Source: the human T2T-CHM13v2.0 reference genome, Homo sapiens. From it: DNA of 64,000 nt. The translations under genes were made by a program, and so were the position numbers. The notes beneath the pieces were generated by a model. That model ran no database searches. It was not told the DNA's origin and worked only from the letters and a program-made list of their open reading frames with translations. The DNA lies in the NCBI RefSeq assembly GCF_009914755.1, contig NC_060941.1. One strand, written 5' to 3'. This document shows positions 26,171 to 42,272 of this stretch, piece by piece; the first letter of the stretch is position 1, and each line of letters opens with the position of its first letter.

Positions 26171-28517
26171 TTTCCACCACCACCCCACCTGCTTCCTCAT
26201 TTGAAGTAGAAACTTGGGTTCAGGGGTCAGAGAAATCTGAGAGTAACAGACAAGCCTGCTCTGGGTGGTTGTCCAGGGCAGCCACTCACAGTGACCTGGG
26301 GAGAGGTCCCAGTCCAGGATGGGATGGAGAAAGGGGTGTGGGGCACCACACCCAGAGTGGAGGAGGTTAAGAGGTTAACTGACGCCTAGTGGGGTCTAGA
26401 CCATGAGCCAGGCTCAGGCCCAGCATTTCCCCTTACATCTTCCCCTTTGAGTTCTTATCACCACTCTAGTAAGGGAGGGCCCTCGTTTCACAGATGAGGA
26501 AACTGGGCTGGAATGGGGTGGAACTGGGCTGGAACTGTAGGAGGCTGGGGGCAGACAATGAAGCCCCCAGACTCCATAGTAGTTAAAGTATCACTTCCCA
26601 GGATGAGCTTCCTCCTGTTGCCATGACAACCGTTCCCGGGGAGCCTGAACCACTGCAATCTGTTGAGTTATTTTCTCACTGGAGTCTGTTTCTGGAGCCA
26701 AGTCCAGTGCCAGGAATGCTGAGGATGCAGGAGGGGGATGTCTGTCAGGGCCGTCTGCCTCCCCACCCTGCCTGAGGCTGTGGGAGGGGAGTTGGAACTT
26801 GGTCTTGCGATAAGGCCCTTGTGAGGGCTCATCCTTGTGACCTCCAACATCAGCTTGGACAGCTCGAGCACAGGTGTGGGTACTAGGCCCCTCACCCCCT
26901 CTTCTGGCACCCTCTTTCTCTAGCCCACGGAGATTTGCGTGTGAGCACACGCTCCTCCTGTTCCCATCTCTGGGATCAGGGCTAATTACAGCCTATAATT
27001 AGGGGAATTACACTCATTAAGGCAAGAGCTGATCATTGACAAAAACTGGGCTGACGAGGGAGGGCTTCTGGGAGCTGAGAAGGAGGCAGGACCAGGCCAG
27101 CTCTTCCAGCCCTTCCTTGGAGGTTGCTCCCCCTTGCTGGGCCTCCAGCTCACTGCCATTCAGCCACCTTTGTCTGGCCCGACAGAGAGGAGGTCCGGAG
27201 TTTTGTGCAAAGGAATTTGCAGCAAGAGAGAAGGTTATCATGGCGTGAAATTATGCCTGCTGCCAGGGAGGATTGATGAGCCATTAGGGAGGCTAGCTGG
27301 GCCGCCTAGACGTTTCACCCTTGCCTCAGCTGGCCCCTTGCCTCTGCCAAGCCACTCTACAGCCCCATCCACTTCCAGGCTCCCTGCTGCTATGCCAGAC
27401 TGCTCCAGTAGTTTGGGTGGAGGGGTGAGGGTAGGGTGAGTGCTCCTTAGGTGGGGTTCCAAGCAGCCCCATCTCCAGAGTGCTGGCTCTTCTGCCCGGC
27501 TGTGGTCCCCTGCAGGACTGCGGAAGTGGTCCATGACAATGCAAGACAATCCCTTGATTGTTCACACCAATTATTTCCGTATTAGTTCTCCCTAGTCTCA
27601 AATAGTTAACCCATGCAAAGGATCGAGCTGACTTTGTGCTCAGAGAGGGGGATGGGTAGGAGGGACACAGCTGAGACAGCGGCAAAGTCCTGAGCCCCTT
27701 TTCCTCCCTCTCCCATCCTGCCAGTCATGTAATACTGGTTTCCTTAATGAAGCATGTGCTAAGCACTTGACATGTACCATTTTGCTTAATCCTAACCATG
27801 ACTTTGTGGGGTAGGTGTTTTGGTTTCATATTACAGCAGAAGGGTCAGAGAGGTCAAATGACTTGTCCAAGGTCAACAGCCAATGAGGAGATTCAAACAC
27901 AGATCTGCCCATTGCCTGAGTCTGTGATTTTTTTTCATTACATCGTGCTGCTCCCTTATTTCCAGAGGTGTTCTGAGCTGATTGGGGCATGGGCCAGGTC
28001 AAGGTGGGTGAGGCAGTTCAGGAAGGGCAGTCTGGCAGCTAAGCAGATGGTCATTGTCAGATCCCTTTGACCTTCACCCTCTTGCATTTGGGGAGGGCTT
28101 CTATTGTTATTGCCTGTTTAAGTGTCTGCCTCCTCCTGAGAAAGAACTCCTTGAGGACAAGGAGCTTGGTGCATCCTGACATTGCCAGTGTCCAGCACAA
28201 GCCTGGCAAAGAGCAGGTGCCTAGGAAAAGTTTGCTGAATGAATGAATGAAGGACAACGGGCACACCTAGAGGCTACCTGATCCTGAGTCAAGACCAGCT
28301 CTCTGCAGGGTGGTGGGTGGAAGAGAGAAGATCCTGGAGGTTTCAGATACGCGATACTTACCTCCAATTGTCCAGAGCTTCACTGGACATTTGTGCTATG
28401 TGTCACTAGCCCCTCTCTGCTCCTTCCCTCTAGGATGTAATTGCACAGAGACCCCCCTCCCCAGCAAGGAGGGCAGCGAGTCTGGGCTGGTTCCACCTTC
28501 AACTACCCAGGCCTTAC

Positions 28518-28713
28518 CTTGGTAATGGAAATGGAAGGTGCCAGGGCCAGCCGGTGGCGGGAGGCTCTGGAACCTCAGGGCCGCTTGGTGGGTGGGGCTG
28601 CGGATGACTTGGCCCCGCAGCAGGAAAGACTGGTTGGCCAGGGGCAGTGGGTCAGGCCCCCCCAGGCCTTCCACAGTCACTGTCTCCCCTTCCCGGAGGC
28701 TGATATTCTGGAC
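28518..28713 (-). CDS. SEZ6: SEZ6 exon 4 (CUB-like domain 1, second half)
   Basis: GACAG acceptor; 196 nt; VQNISLREGETVTVEGLGGPDPLPLANQSFLLRGQVIRSPTHQAALRFQSLPPPAGPGTFHFHYQ; G|GTAAGG donor. Confidence 0.95.
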
Positions 28714-29984
28714 CTGTCAGTAGAGTAGAGAGAGAAAAGCAAAGTAGTCAGACTTCTTCCTGCTGCCTGGATCCTGCCGCCCTCAGGATCCTGCAGGCCC
28801 CGGGCAGATCAATCCTCAATGCTACTTGAGCATCGGAGCCCCCAGGCCCTGAGCTGGGCACTTCAGCAGTGCAGGAGTTGCTCATCTCAGTGTGAGACAG
28901 GACCGGAAGTTCAGAGATTAAGTAAATTATCCAAGGTCACATAGAGATTCTTAGCAGAACTGGGGTTTGTAAACACATCTTTCTGTCTCCAAGCTTTTCA
29001 GATACACCAGCTGCTTCCTGTCCTGCCCCTCCCTGGGCTCTGTTTTCTCATCTGTAAAGTAGGGATGGGGTAGGTGTATTGAACCAGATGGTGTCCGAGG
29101 CCCTGGTCAGCAGTATGAGGTCTTAAATATCAGATCCATGTGCCCAGCTTCCCCTGGACATCCCTGTTGGATGCTTCACACCCAGCCTGCCTCATGCTAG
29201 GTGACTGTCTTCCCCTAGCCAGCAGTTCCCCTGGGAATGATCTTGCTATCTCCCTGGGTGTCCAAATCAGAAACTGGCATCTTGCCTCCTCCCTCATACC
29301 TGGTCAGTCATTCAGTCCTGTCAACTGGATCTCAAATCTGTTCATTACTCTTCATCCCCACTGCCATTCCCCAGCTTATCGCCGTTACTGTGCACCTAGA
29401 TCACCGCAGCAGCCTCCTGGCCAGCCTTCCTGCCTGTAGGGCTTAACCCACTCCTCCCTCTACAGCAGTATTTTCTGAACTATAGCCAGCTAACGGTCTT
29501 AGATCTGTTGCTGATCATGGTGCTTCCTTGTTTAAGTCCTCCAGTGGCTCCCCATTGAGTCTGTGAAGCCGATAATATGTAGTTCAAACTCTTTGCTTAG
29601 CCCTCAAGGCCCTGCCCAACTTGGCCCCTGCTGACTGTCAGCTGGGCCTTACACCATGCCCCTCCGCATGTCAATCGTGATTCTCTCTTTTTTCTGAGCC
29701 TCTTTCTCCGATCCTTTCCCCTGGCTGTCACAGTCTCCTCTGCTATCATGCTGATCTTCAGGCCCTCAGTCCCTTGAGCATCTTTCTGGGCTCCATGCCT
29801 CCATTCAGGCAAACAAGGATTGGACAACGACGGACTCTGCCCAGAGGGAAATTAGCAGCATGGCTTGATAGAAGGAACACTGGATTGATTGGGAGCCCAG
29901 AAATCTGGGACCTCATCCTAACCATGTGATCTTGGACAAATATGCTGCTATTTGAACTTCAGTTTCCTCATTTTATAAAACGAA

Positions 29985-30450
<466 letters not shown>

Positions 30451-33400
30451 CGTGGGCTCAAGGTTCCTACCATGTTGCTCTGAAGCAGGGTTTCAAGGGT
30501 TGACCACCTGGGATGGTTAAGTGGCATCAGTGAGTCACCAAATCCTTCCCAGTCTTATTTCCCAAATACTCCAATGGGTTCCTCCTCTCTATCCTTTTGT
30601 TACTGTCCTGGCCCTAATTACCTCCTGCCCATTACTTTTCACTTGAGAATGGCTTTCTGTCTGTCTAACACTTCCCATCCCCAACTCATCTCCTGCTGAT
30701 TTCAGATTGCCTGGAGGACAAGCTCCAAACTGCCCAGCTCACATTTGGTGCCAGTATCTCTGCGGCCCTCATTAACGTGCACTGCAGCCGCAGACCACCC
30801 CTCACTTCTGCCCCCTGGGCATCCACATATGGGACTCTGCGGGGGCAATATCTTCCCTTCTTCCCCTCCTGGTGAAGCTGGTCATCTTTTCAGATCTTAG
30901 GGCCGCATCGTCTGCCTCCCAGGCTAGGCCAGCAGTCCTTCTGTTTCAGACTCTCCCCACTGGCCCCTGCCCATCTTGCTGTTAAAGCCCAGGGTGGCAT
31001 GTTGGGTCACAGTGCCCTCTTCACTGGCCAGTCTCAACAAAGACGTGTGGAAAGAGTAAATGTGTGGGCTGCTGGAGAGACATTCCCCATCAGATACCTG
31101 TGAGCTGAGAAGCATAGAGGATGCTGAGCCCAGCCAGGTCCAAGGATATGGCTGCTGCGAGGCTCAGGGCCCCTCAGACTGGGTGCTGAGAAGAGATGTG
31201 CCCTGGGGACTCCAGAAGGGGCAGCTGGGCAGGGAGAGGTCCCTACCCCTGCCTGAGAGGAAAGACCTGGTGGGTCTTTGGGCTGAAGAGAAGGCTCAAG
31301 GCAGGGTGCTGGAGGCCGAGGCGTCTCCTCTCTGTGAGAAACTCTCCACCCAGGCACGTTTGGGCGGAGGCTGCCTGACCATCTGCTGGGGACATTCCTC
31401 AGGGAATTCCTGCAGCAGGCGGAGGCTGGATGAGGTCCCTTCAAACTTGGAGATTCTGTGATTCTAGAGTTGGGAAAACAAGACTCACACACGTGGAATC
31501 TGTAATTATCGAGAGATGCCAGGCAGCATATAATTCCGCCTTAAGTGGCACTGAATGCAGGCAGCAGGAATCCTCGGGGGGAGAGCGAAGGGCTCAGAGG
31601 CTCAGGGAAAGTGCCTGAAGCAGGTGGGTCTCAGAGTGCCTTGAAGAGAGGAGCACTGGGAGAAGGAGGAAGGGAGGACGCTCACTACAGGGAAATTACC
31701 ACGAAAGCAAAGGCAGAGAAGTATTACTAGAAATTAATTTGTATTTTCTTCCTAGTTCCCCATATACCTCTGGCTTGACCTCTAGCTTCTTTTTCCTGAT
31801 CTTGCTGCTTTGGGACCAGAGAGAAGCTGTAGCGACAGAGTAACAACAGTTGCCATCATAGAGTGTGTCAAGCCTTGTATTGTACTAAGTGCTTTTCATC
31901 CTCACCGTGAATCTATAAGATAGGTGGTAAAATACCCACCAGTAACAGAGGCTCAGAGAAGCTAAGGAACTTGCAAAAGGTCACATAGGGGTTAAGCAGT
32001 CTTGCTTTGCTGAGACAAGGCAGCTCCCTATCCTCCCAACTTCATGGGGGCATCTTCTGTAGAAATAACATCTAGACATCTTTATTCCCAAGCTCAGCAC
32101 CCCCAGGTTTAGCAAGGAGGTGGGTCTTGGCTTGGCCTGGCTTTTTTAAGATGTTGGGATTTGAGTTCCCACCAGCCACCCTTGCTCCTAGCAGTCTGTA
32201 AAGCTGGGAAAACTGAGACTGAGACCTCTGGCCCCCTCTGGTCCAGGGGAGGCATGGCCCTTTCAAGCTGGCCTGGCTCCCGGCCCAGTCTAGTGGTGAG
32301 GGTTGGGATGAGAGTGTGGAATGAAGTGGCTCCTATCCAGAAGGCTCCCTGTTCTCAACCAGAGGCTGTCTGTGCAGCTCTGGTCCCCTGGGTTTCAAGC
32401 ACCCTCTTGTGGGTCTGCTGCAGTGGCTGGAATGTAATTTGTCACTTGTTTGAGGGCCAGGCTGACAGAGGCCAGACAGGGCTGGGTGTCGGACAGGAGG
32501 GGTGATGAAGTCTTGATGCAATTTGCAGGCATCTGTAGAGCCTGGGAGACAGATTGAAATGTCAGCTCTGTTCTTGAGGGCTGTCTTCCATACCCATAGC
32601 CAGTGACAGGAGGGGACCTGGGGGCCAGGCAGGGGGAAGACAAAAGCAGAGGGAGCTGAGGACAATTCCTCCAGGACCCTGGGCTGTCTAACACTGCCCT
32701 GCTTCCAGCAGACCATGGAGTCAGCTCAAGGAGGAAATACAGCCACTTTGAGAGGCTGGCCCTTTCCAGGATGGGAGGTGGGAAGGATTCAGGTTGTCTT
32801 CTGCCAACCTCTAGCTCAACAGCCTCATCTGCCCTGTCTGTCCCCATAGAAGCTGTCAGTCAGGCCTCCAGCACGTGCCCTAATGGCGTAACCCACAGAC
32901 GAGATGGCACTACAGTTTTTGTACTCATTTGCACCAGTACAACCCGGCATAGGCAGATGAGCTCAAAGATGACTCTTGTGTGCGATCCCCACCCCCAGAT
33001 GCTGGCTACAGGTCTCCTAGGCTCTCTTGGTCACCATCACCTGTGTGTACTCGGACACAGGCCCACTTACACGCACACAGCCCCCTCAAACGTGTCATGG
33101 CACGTGCACTTCCACCCCCTGGCAGAAAATAACCCACCAATCCAAACTCTCACACTATGCCTAGGCGCCACCACCACCCTATTCGCATGCCCTCACACAC
33201 CCGTGCTCCCTCACAGCAACCATAGGATAATCACAATTTTCCCACAAGAACCTTCGCAGTTTTCACATCCATTATCTCTTCAGCTCTCATAAAGTCTCAA
33301 TAAGGGAGGCAGGGCAGGCTGTTTTCCTGCACTTTATAGATAAGGGAACCTTGTAATCAGGGAAGTTGAGAGATCCTCTTTGGTCACACAGTGAGTCCAA

Positions 33401-36400
33401 GACAAAGCCAGGACTCGAGGCCAGGACTCATGATTCCTGGTCCAGTGTCCTGTCTTGTGTGCCTGGCAACCCCAGGCCCTCCCCAGAACTGGGAGAATTC
33501 CAAGTGGATGTCCTCCAGAATCAGGCAGGGCTGACTGGGAAAGGGCATCTGGGGCAGATCCTGACAGGTACCGGTCTCCGCCTGGGTCTCCCACTTTGGA
33601 TTTGCCTTGTGCCACAGACAGGCCTATCTCCTGGGCCAAGGGAAGAACAGGGGCTTTTGAGTCTTGGATTGAATCCCGGCTCAATCACTGACCAGTTGAG
33701 GGGCCTTAGGCAAGTCATATGACCTCTCTGAGCCCCAGTTTTGCCTGTGAAATGGGGATAGTTTACCTACTTCATGGGTTTGTAAGGATTTGGTTAGATC
33801 CTGCCAGTAAGGGTTTTAGCACAGAGGGGCACAGCGCTAGCAGTCATCTTTCCATTTAATGGGGAGATGTGGGCCACACCCTGGTAAAACCTTGGCATTT
33901 GCAGCAGAAATGATAGCCGGCTATGAACTTACTTTGCCCTCAGGTCTGCCAGGGCTCTGCCTGGGAGGCATTGTACCTTGGAGCCACCCTCTCCCTGGCC
34001 CAGACTCTGCAGCTGCCAGGAAGCAAGCAGCAGAGCCAAGAACCTGAGGTGCCCCTGCTCAGTCAGGCCTATAAGGGAGCTTGCTGACCCCAGAGAAGGA
34101 GCCACACTCAAAGGGACTGGCTAGGAGAAGCCTGGTGCATCATCTGGTTCAATCTCCCTTTATAGAGAGGTAAACTGAGGCACAGAGAAGGCCAGGGGTT
34201 TAGCTCAGTCACAGAGAGGTGGGCTGCAGAGCCAACACTGAAACCCCAGTCTTACAAGACAGACTCTGTGCCCTTCTGAATTGGCACTTATCCAGAAAAC
34301 CTTATGGGGTAAGATCTGTTTTAGGGATGAGGACAGTGGCCAAAATCCATGGGGCTAGACCTGACTGCACCCTGTCATCCCTCTTGGATAAGCCTGCCTA
34401 GAGCCAGGAAATATAAAGTTGTCCAGAAATTCCACCCAACTGACCCCCTACCCCATGCCCACATCAGGCCTGGTCCTGACACGGCTTAGAAGGGCAGGGT
34501 ATTCTGGCTATCAAACTGTCAGCTGGCCTGGCATGGGCGAGCTGTGTGCCAACAGAGCCACCTGGGGCACGAGGGCAGGGACTGTGGGCAGCTGTGCCCA
34601 GGCTCCAGATGGTACAGAGAGCAGCCAAGCCAAGATGGAGGCTGGCAGTGGGAAGGCTCTTGGAATGCCAAGTGCAGAGAGAGGCAGGCGCCAGGCCCGG
34701 AAAGGCCTGGAGCCCTCAGGGGGAGACTGACTGCCTGGGGAGGGGCTGGGACCCACATGGGCTGTGAGGCTCATGCCCATCCATCCTGAAGGGGCTTCTC
34801 TGGACCTCTCAAGAAAGAGCCTAGCCCAATGCCTGATCCCCAGATGAATCAGGCAAGCCTCCTTGGATCACAGAGGGCCTGACCTGGCCTCCTCCCTGTG
34901 GATGGCTCAGACCTTCAGCCTCAGAGGGCATCAATAACTGCAGCACCATCAAAGGAGGTGGGAGGCAGGAGATGAAGCAGGTTATGAGAGGCTGTGGTCC
35001 AAGCCATGGAGAATAGGGCTTTTAGGGATTCTGGTACCCCTGAGGCTGGTCCTCCAAAAAAAGGGAATTGAGAGGGTCTTGCTGAAGGCCCCGGACTTGA
35101 GGCAAGGGCTGTGGTCTCATGCTAGGGTCCCAGCATGGTGTCTGGCTGCTTTGCTCAGGGGTATGATTTGTGGGTCCCTAAGACAGTCCTCTCCTCCATG
35201 GCTCCTGTCACTCTTCTTGCCCAGACTTTGTCCCACCTATCTGCCCTGAGTGATCCCAGTGAATTCATAGAGGGGCAGGTGGGGAATTCTCCATGATGGA
35301 GGGAAGCCACAGGCAGTCCCTTCTCCCCAAGCCTGAGGAGCCATGGGGAGCTCTGTAGGCCTTCCAGCTGCCCACCCATCCTGCCCCCAGTGTCCAGCAT
35401 GGCCTGACACAACTGTCAGCCTGGGCAGAAGGACGCTGCTCTTGGGCTGAGCCTCTGGCAGGAGTGTGATCCGGAAGCCCTTACCCTTACCCTCCGCCCC
35501 TACACAACAAAGCCACCTTTCCAAAACAGCCAGGGCAGCCTTCAAGGGCCAGGCCTGCCGCACCTGCTGCTGCCCAGGCCAGACTTGGCTGCTGGCTTCT
35601 CATCCTACAGGTCTCAGGCCAGGTGTCATCACCTCCAGGAAGCCTTCCCTGACCCCCAGGCTGGTGGAGTGTGCCCGTCCTGTGCTTCCCATCCCCATCC
35701 CTGCCAGCACTGGGCATTCCGTGGTCATTGTTTATGATTTCTGTCTTCCCTACTAATCATGAAGGTCTGTGTCCCCAGTGCCCAGCGCAGAGCATGGCAC
35801 ATAGCAAATTCTCAATGTTTGCTTGTGGAACAAATCCACTCAACAAAACTAATTAGTAATTGACTGACTTTTGGCAAGTCCCTTTTCTTGCCTGGGCCTC
35901 AGTTTTTCCAACTCTCCAGTGGGTATTGTTGGGTAGTGTCAGAAATTCTTCAGGTCCCAAGTGGCCTGGGTGGGGGTGGAGGTTGCCAGAACTGGCCCTG
36001 GAAGAAGAGCCTTAAATCCTGCTTAGTTCTGGCTGATTCTTTCTCTTGCTCCTTCCCCAAATTGGGTGCTGACCCCGCTCTGGCCACCCTGTGCCCGCCT
36101 CCCCTCCATGACTTCAGACTATCTCAGGCCGTCCGGGCCGACAGTGTCCCCAAGGACCCTGCCCCCATGGCACCGAGGTGGAGGGTGGGGCCAGCATCTG
36201 CCACATTTCCTGACAGCAATCCAGGGCTGTGGCAGGTCTTCGTCTCAAGGTTGCCTGGTAATGGCTTTTGCATTCTGATAAAAGAAAAAAAATGTGGCAG
36301 CACCAGACAACAGACACGGGGCTTATGTGAGGGGTGGGCATCCAGCATGGGGCTTGTGCCTGGGCCAGAGAGGGGGCAGGCAGAGCCAGCATCTTGCTCC

Positions 36401-37419
36401 ATTGTGGAGGGTGCCAGGGCTGGGCTCAGCCTTGTCCAGTGGGCTTCAGTAGGGGTGGTAGGCTTGGGGGGGGCAGACAGAGCCTCCCAGGCCTGTAGGG
36501 GGGCACTCAGCCTGGCACCTGCCCCCTCCCACCCCCTTTCCCACACCTGCAGCTGGTGCTTTCCACCCAGTGAGCCACAGCCGGTGCCACCTCTCATTAG
36601 GTGATGATTTTACATTAATTACCTTAATTAAGCGGTGCTGAGTGCTAATGGCTTGAGGCGGGGTGGCTGTTCCTAATTACCCTCCCAGTCAGCCCAGAGT
36701 GAGGGGCACAGGGCTTGGCAGAGTAGGAGGAAACAGTTGTAGGAAGAAGGGGAGGGGCCCAACAGGGGTAGGAGAGGGTCCCCCTGACAGGGTCTGATTC
36801 AGATACCTGGACCTGACATCCCCAGAGGGGAGGGCTGGAGGCACTGCCCCAAGATAGGTCTAGACGGCTTCAGTCCCCAATCCAGGGACATGCAGGAATT
36901 GGAATGGGCGGGAAGCAGAACAGAAGGCAGGGAGCAGGGAGCAGGACACACTTCTCAGCGCCCTGCCAGATTCCCTCAACCAGGCTGAATGCCTCTCTTG
37001 CCCACTCCTGGTCAGTCTCCAAGATTCAAGTCAAATGTCATCACATCCCTTCCTTCCTCCATCCCTTTGTCCGATCATTCAGTCAGCGCATGGAGTACCC
37101 ATTCTGGGCTCTGCACTACAAGGCACCCCTTAAGGAGCTCACAGTCTAGCTGGGGAGGTGGACAGCTGTAAACAGTTGGATGGAAGGCAGACTGCTAAGA
37201 GCTAAGATGGGGGATGCCCCAGGCTTTGGGGATCTGAGGGAATTCCCAGAGAGGGTGATGCCAGGGCCAAGTCCTAAGGGAAGGCATCATGGGATGACTC
37301 TTCCAGGCAGAGGGACCAGCATGTGCAGCTGGGACTTGGGAAAGAAGGTTTGGCCCATTCAGTTAGCTGCAAGCTGTTTAGTGCAAAGTGGGGGTAAAGA
37401 ACAAGGGACGAAGTGTCTA

Positions 37420-37870
37420 GGGGTGGACCCAGAGAGACTGACCTTGATTCAGGAGCCCTTAGAGAGGTGTAGGGGGCAGGATTGATTTGAGAAAAATGAC
37501 TGCAGTGGAGGTGGAGATGGGTAGAGTAGGGAGCAAGTGTGGGCGGGGTGACCAGTGAGGCAGCTACTGCATCATCAGGGGAGGGATGGTGGGGTCTAAA
37601 CCACATGTGGTTGTGGGGATGGAGGGAGAGAAGCAGAGAGATTTAGAGGGGAGTATCATGGTGACAGAATTTGGGGATGAATTGATGGGACTGGGGGAAG
37701 AGGGACAGGGAAAGGCTAAGGAGACCCCATGTTGCACATTAAGGGACACCATCCACATTGCACTATGGTGGTTCTGCTCCAGGTTTCTGACCTGGACAGG
37801 AGTGGCTTTGGGGGAACAAAAGGAAGATTTGGGTTTGTGGAGGTTGAGGAGCCTGTGGGACATCTGTGAG
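37420..37870. mobile_element. L2 fragment (others near 18850-18930, 20220-20275, 20750-21245, 28110-28250, 29270-29650)
   Basis: GATGGAGGGAGAGAAGCAGAGAGATTTAG...GACAGAATTTGGGGATGAATTG; the other sites carry L2 3' ends GCCTGGCAC...(TGAA)n. Confidence 0.6.
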
Positions 37871-38436
37871 GACCTGTAGCCTCAGGCCTCGGGATTAAGA
37901 GAAAGTCTTAATCCTAACGGAGGGATGAGATAACCCAGGGAGGCTGGGGACAGGAGGCTGGCCTGTAGATTTGACTTTCCTATCAGCTGATCACCTCTCT
38001 GATGGTGTAATCAGGTCTGTCTTCCCCCACCTCTGCATCCCAGAAGCCAGCACAGAACCTGACCCAGAGGAACTGCTCAGAGAGGATTTGCTGAATGAAT
38101 GAATGAATGAGTGAAGCTCCATGACTCTCTCAGGCCCAGCGAGGCAGCCCTGTGTTCTCTGCTTAGCCCATAGATTCAGATGTAGGGTTTATACTCACCC
38201 AGTCCCCTGCCCATCCAAGGCTAGAGCCCCCTCCCACAGCCCCTCTTGGCTTAGGCCATTGCCAAACACACGGGGCAGAATCTAACCATTTAGGCCCATC
38301 TCCCAGCCCTGGCCTTAGGCGATGCCCCACAATTGATGCCCCTAATCATCCCCACATCCTCTCATAGCATGTGCCTCTCTGAAGAAAGAGAATACACCCG
38401 CCCCAGCTTTGCCCTTGCCAGATCCAGATCACTCAC

Positions 38437-38570
38437 CTTGATTTCCACGCCATAGCCAGGGTAGACAGAGATGTAGAAGAAGCAGTCCAGGCCAACATCA
38501 GTGGGGGAGCTGAGGTCTGTAGGGGAGTCCAGAGAGCCCTCTGGGCCTGAGAAATTCCAGCTACAAGGGC
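38437..38570 (-). CDS. SEZ6: SEZ6 exon 3 (CUB-like domain 1, first half)
   Basis: CCCAG acceptor; 134 nt; PCSWNFSGPEGSLDSPTDLSSPTDVGLDCFFYISVYPGYGVEIK; AAG|GTGAGT donor. Confidence 0.95.
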
Positions 38571-38635
38571 CTGGGAGGCAGGAGGAGACACAAAGCTAGT
38601 GCCAGCTCTGGTGAAGTGGTCCAACTAAGGCTGAA

Positions 38636-38638
<3 letters not shown>

Positions 38639-38674
<36 letters not shown>
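38639..38674. repeat. (TG)18 microsatellite
   Basis: Direct read; perfect repeat. Confidence 0.95.
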
Positions 38675-38675
<1 letters not shown>

Positions 38676-38755
38676 TGAAGACCACCTCTTGTGATGTCTA
38701 GTCTCCTGTTGAAGGAAGGGGACCACCTTTTATTAGGCACCTACCATGTGCAATC

Positions 38756-40788
<2,033 letters not shown>

Positions 40789-41398
40789 CTGAAATAATAA
40801 GGGATGGTCAGAGGTTCTCCCCCTGCTCCAGAGAGCAGCATCACGCCCAACTCGAGTAGTGGGGGGGCCCGCTCTCTTTTGACAGACAGCCCTGAGGAGC
40901 GTGCTCACTGCTGAGAATCACGGAACTACAGAATTTGTGAACTGGAAGTGAGGTGCTATTACATACTTCAAGGGTGGCACATGAGATACTCTTTCTCCTC
41001 CAGCACCAGAGGCAGGCATTTCTAGCCCATCCGTGCACTATTTCCTACTGTTCTCAGGTTCAGCCTCAGAATCCTCCTCAACACAGCACTCCACGAGGTC
41101 ACACCTGACACCTCAGACTGACATGACAAATATTTGCCATCCCTAATGAAGAGCAGAGGCCTTATTTTACTAGTGAGGAAATAGGCCAGAGAAAGGAAGT
41201 GACTTGCTCAAAGTCACGCGACCAGTTGAATTGAGATGAAAACCGTAAGTGTGTCTCCCACCACAGTGTCTTTCCTGTCTGAGATGATAGGGCATTCAAG
41301 TTCATTTCCTGTTCTCAGTGAACCTGCTGGTCATTAGCCTCAGGAAATGCGTCACATATTTGGGATTTTATTTTAGATTTCCTCATGGTTGCATGACT

Positions 41399-41714
41399 TC
41401 TTTTTTTGTTTGTTGGTTTTGAGACAGTGTCTCGCTGTGTGGCCCGGGCTGCAATGCAGTGGTGTGATCATGGCTCCACTGCAGCCTCAACCTCCCAGGT
41501 TCAAGCGATCCTCCCACCTCAGCCACAGTCCCCACACCCCCACTTCTAGTAGCTGGGACTACAGGTGCATGCCACCATGCCTGGCTAATTTTTAGAATTT
41601 TTGTAGAGATGGAGATCTCACTATGTTGTCTGGGCTGGTCTCAAACTCCTGGGCTCAAGCAATCCTCTCACCTCAGCCTCCTAGGGATTACAGCATGAGC
41701 CACCGCACCCGACC
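41399..41714 (-). mobile_element. AluJ-like
   Basis: Reverse Alu with CTCCTGGGCTCAAGCAATCC; duplicated flank TGCATGACTT. Confidence 0.88.
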
Positions 41715-42063
41715 ATGGGTGCATGACTTTGTTAGGGGCCCAGTAGTTTCTCTCCGTTCTCAGGAAATCATTTCTTTTGTACTCATTTCTGTTTTTATGG
41801 TCCTTCTAGAGCAGTAATATGAGTAGAGTGGGAAGAGCCAAGTTCTGGAGCTAGGCAGACATAACTTCAAATCCCAGATCCACTACTCTAGGGCTGTGTG
41901 CCCTCAGGCAAATAACCCAAACTCTCTGAAGCTCAGTTTTCTCATCTGTAAAATTGGGTTTCCTTTTTAGGATTGACTGAGATAATATTACATCCCGTCT
42001 CTATTTGATATGTCCCCCTGAGTTCCCTTAATCTTTCTGGTGACACTAATCAGGTTCCATCTA

Positions 42064-42272
42064 GGGCAGGGTGAAAAACAGGTGTAGAATGGAAATCTAG
42101 CATGCTACCCACCCACTCCCTAATCCATGGCAGGCATTGCTAATCAATTTTGGTTATTTCTTGCTAAGGCCACCTGGTCCTTAGCAACTTCCCTCTCACA
42201 ATGTTATTCAGGCAGCCACTACCAATCAATGAGATTGGCTCTGGGGGATGAAACTGATTTGCTATCTCTGGT
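42064..42272. mobile_element. Probable MER112-like hAT fragment
   Basis: GGCAGCCACTACCAATCAATGAGATTGGC...GATGAAACTGATTTGCTATCTCTG resembles my recollection of the consensus; family assignment uncertain. Confidence 0.45.
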
